A stretch of DNA of 64,000 bases from assembly GCF_001194135.2 (NCBI RefSeq), contig NC_068993.1, forward strand, positions 45,097,431 to 45,161,430. The letters run 5' to 3'. The stretch is from Octopus bimaculoides (lineage: Eukaryota). The notes under the pieces are model-generated. The model saw only the letters and a program-made list of their open reading frames with translations. It was not told where the DNA came from and did no database searches. This document shows, piece after piece, positions 62,257 to 64,000 of the stretch. Positions within the stretch are counted from its first letter, which is position 1. Each line of letters begins with the position of its first letter. The translations under genes were made by a program, and so were the position numbers.

Positions 62257-62872
62257 TAGAGGGGTTGGACAAAATAATAGAAACACCTTAAAATTTCAAA
62301 AAAATTAATTTTAATATGGTTTAAGACCGCCTTTGACAGTAATTACAGCTTGAATTCTACGAGGTATGGACTCGTACAAAGTCTGAATTGTTTCCAAAGG
62401 AATCTTCGTCAATTTTTCAGCTAAACCAGTCTCCAGTTCTTGTAGTGACGATGGTGGAGGATATCGACTCCTTACTTATTTTTCTAAAATGCACCATAAA
62501 TGTTCAATAATATTGAGATCTGGGGACTGTAGTGGCCAGATAAGATGTTCAACTTCACTAGAATGTTCCTCGTGCCATTCAGTAACAACTTTAGCTGCGT
62601 GAATTGGTGCATTATCATCCTGAAAGATTGCGTTTTCTCCCGGAAACGGTTCCGCAACCATAGGATGAATTTGACCAGATAAAATGCTTAAATAGTCTTG
62701 ACTATTAACTCTGCCATGAAGGAAAACCATTGAGCCGGTGGATTTCTAAAATATAGCCCGCCAAATCATCACAGATCCTCCTCCATGTTTAACAGCTGGA
62801 AGAAGGCAGTCTGTGTCAAATGCTTCTTTTGGCTGTCTCCACACGTATACTCGGCCGGTGGTCGGAAATAAG
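62257..62872 (-). mobile_element. Tc1 (DD34E) transposase remnant, 3' half and right TIR
   Basis: Minus strand encodes VWRQPKE...VKHGGGSVMIW, FQDDNAPIH and WPLQSPDLNIIEHLW, then RRIQAVITVKGG; frameshift and stop present. The TIR-like end GAGGGGTTGGACAAAATAATAGAAACAC is at ~62259. Confidence 0.9.
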
Positions 62873-63505
62873 NNNNNNNNNNNNNNNNNNNNNNNNNNNN
62901 NNNNNNNNNNNNNNNNNNNNNNNNNNNNNNNNNNNNNNNNNNNNNNNNNNNNNNNNNNNNNNNNNNNNNNNNNNNNNNNNNNNNNNNNNNNNNNNNNNNN
63001 NNNNNNNNNNNNNNNNNNNNNNNNNNNNNNNNNNNNNNNNNNNNNNNNNNNNNNNNNNNNNNNNNNNNNNNNNNNNNNNNNNNNNNNNNNNNNNNNNNNN
63101 NNNNNNNNNNNNNNNNNNNNNNNNNNNNNNNNNNNNNNNNNNNNNNNNNNNNNNNNNNNNNNNNNNNNNNNNNNNNNNNNNNNNNNNNNNNNNNNNNNNN
63201 NNNNNNNNNNNNNNNNNNNNNNNNNNNNNNNNNNNNNNNNNNNNNNNNNNNNNNNNNNNNNNNNNNNNNNNNNNNNNNNNNNNNNNNNNNNNNNNNNNNN
63301 NNNNNNNNNNNNNNNNNNNNNNNNNNNNNNNNNNNNNNNNNNNNNNNNNNNNNNNNNNNNNNNNNNNNNNNNNNNNNNNNNNNNNNNNNNNNNNNNNNNN
63401 NNNNNNNNNNNNNNNNNNNNNNNNNNNNNNNNNNNNNNNNNNNNNNNNNNNNNNNNNNNNNNNNNNNNNNNNNNNNNNNNNNNNNNNNNNNNNNNNNNNN
63501 NNNNN

Positions 63506-64000
63506 NGAATGTCCTCCTTCAAACGCTTCAAAACGTTGCAGTAAAACTCTCGATTGACGGTGAGGTCTAGGGGGTCGAATTCTTGATGCCCAATACCGTG
63601 GATAAAAAAACAAAAAACAAAAAACAAAAAAAAACAACGATGAACATGATCTTGATTGAGCTGCGGCTATGTCGTATCTTCTTCGGTTGTGAAAATGAAG
63701 GGTTCTTCTATAGTAACAACTGCCCTCTTCGTCCCAGGGTCATACCCATAGACTCAACCCTCGTTTCCGGTGATGATCCTCAACACGAAAGGTAAGTCAT
63801 CAGCGGCAAGCTGACAGAGATGTTGACAGACTTCGATGCGATGTTCTTTCTATTGAGAGGTCAGTGGACGGGGTACAAACCTGGCCGAGACACACCGCAT
63901 GTTCAATTCAGACGTTAGGATTGCCTGTATGGACCCATACGACAGACCAACAACATCAGCAATGTCATTGATTGTCCTCCGACGATCCTCATGCACAAGC
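63506..64000 (-). mobile_element. Mariner transposase remnant
   Basis: Minus strand encodes VHEDRRRTINDIADVVGLSYGSIQAILTSELNMRCVSARFVPR, RIITGNEG*VYGYDP and HQEFDPLDLTVNREFYCNVLKRL; stops and frameshifts present. Confidence 0.88.

Noticed and set aside
62746-63637. Long ORFs spanning N runs (also near 33.1, 35.2, 45.4, 57.6 and 59.3 kb)
   Set aside because: These are artefacts of translating gaps. The 62.7-63.6 kb ORF joins unrelated Tc1 and mariner remnants.

Overview
AT-rich, intron-containing animal genomic DNA with many microsatellites and assembly gaps. The C2H2 finger style and the SINE/RTE/Penelope content suggest a coleoid cephalopod (Octopus-like); this is inference, not a database match. 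Three protein-coding genes are supported, all on the + strand. (1) FAXDC2: six coding exons at 9439-19949, 351 aa. (2) A two-exon MED7-family gene (36270-36380 + 38124-40604, 863 aa) whose MED7 core is followed by a ~690-aa acidic, repeat-rich extension. (3) An 8-finger C2H2 zinc-finger ORF at 50453-51151, with decayed fingers after the stop. The rest is mostly transposon debris: tRNA-derived SINEs, RTE LINE ends, a degraded Penelope-like element (RT + GIY-YIG), a Helitron helicase fragment, Tc1 and mariner transposase remnants, and several MITE types. The most interesting signal is a ~270-bp module made of a tRNA-like Pol III head, an (AAT)n spacer and a minimal type I hammerhead ribozyme motif. 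It flanks the Penelope ORF as inverted repeats. It also occurs alone, with a 12-bp TSD, in a FAXDC2 intron, where its inversion junction falls at the predicted ribozyme cleavage site. Coordinates were read by eye, so repeat boundaries are approximate.
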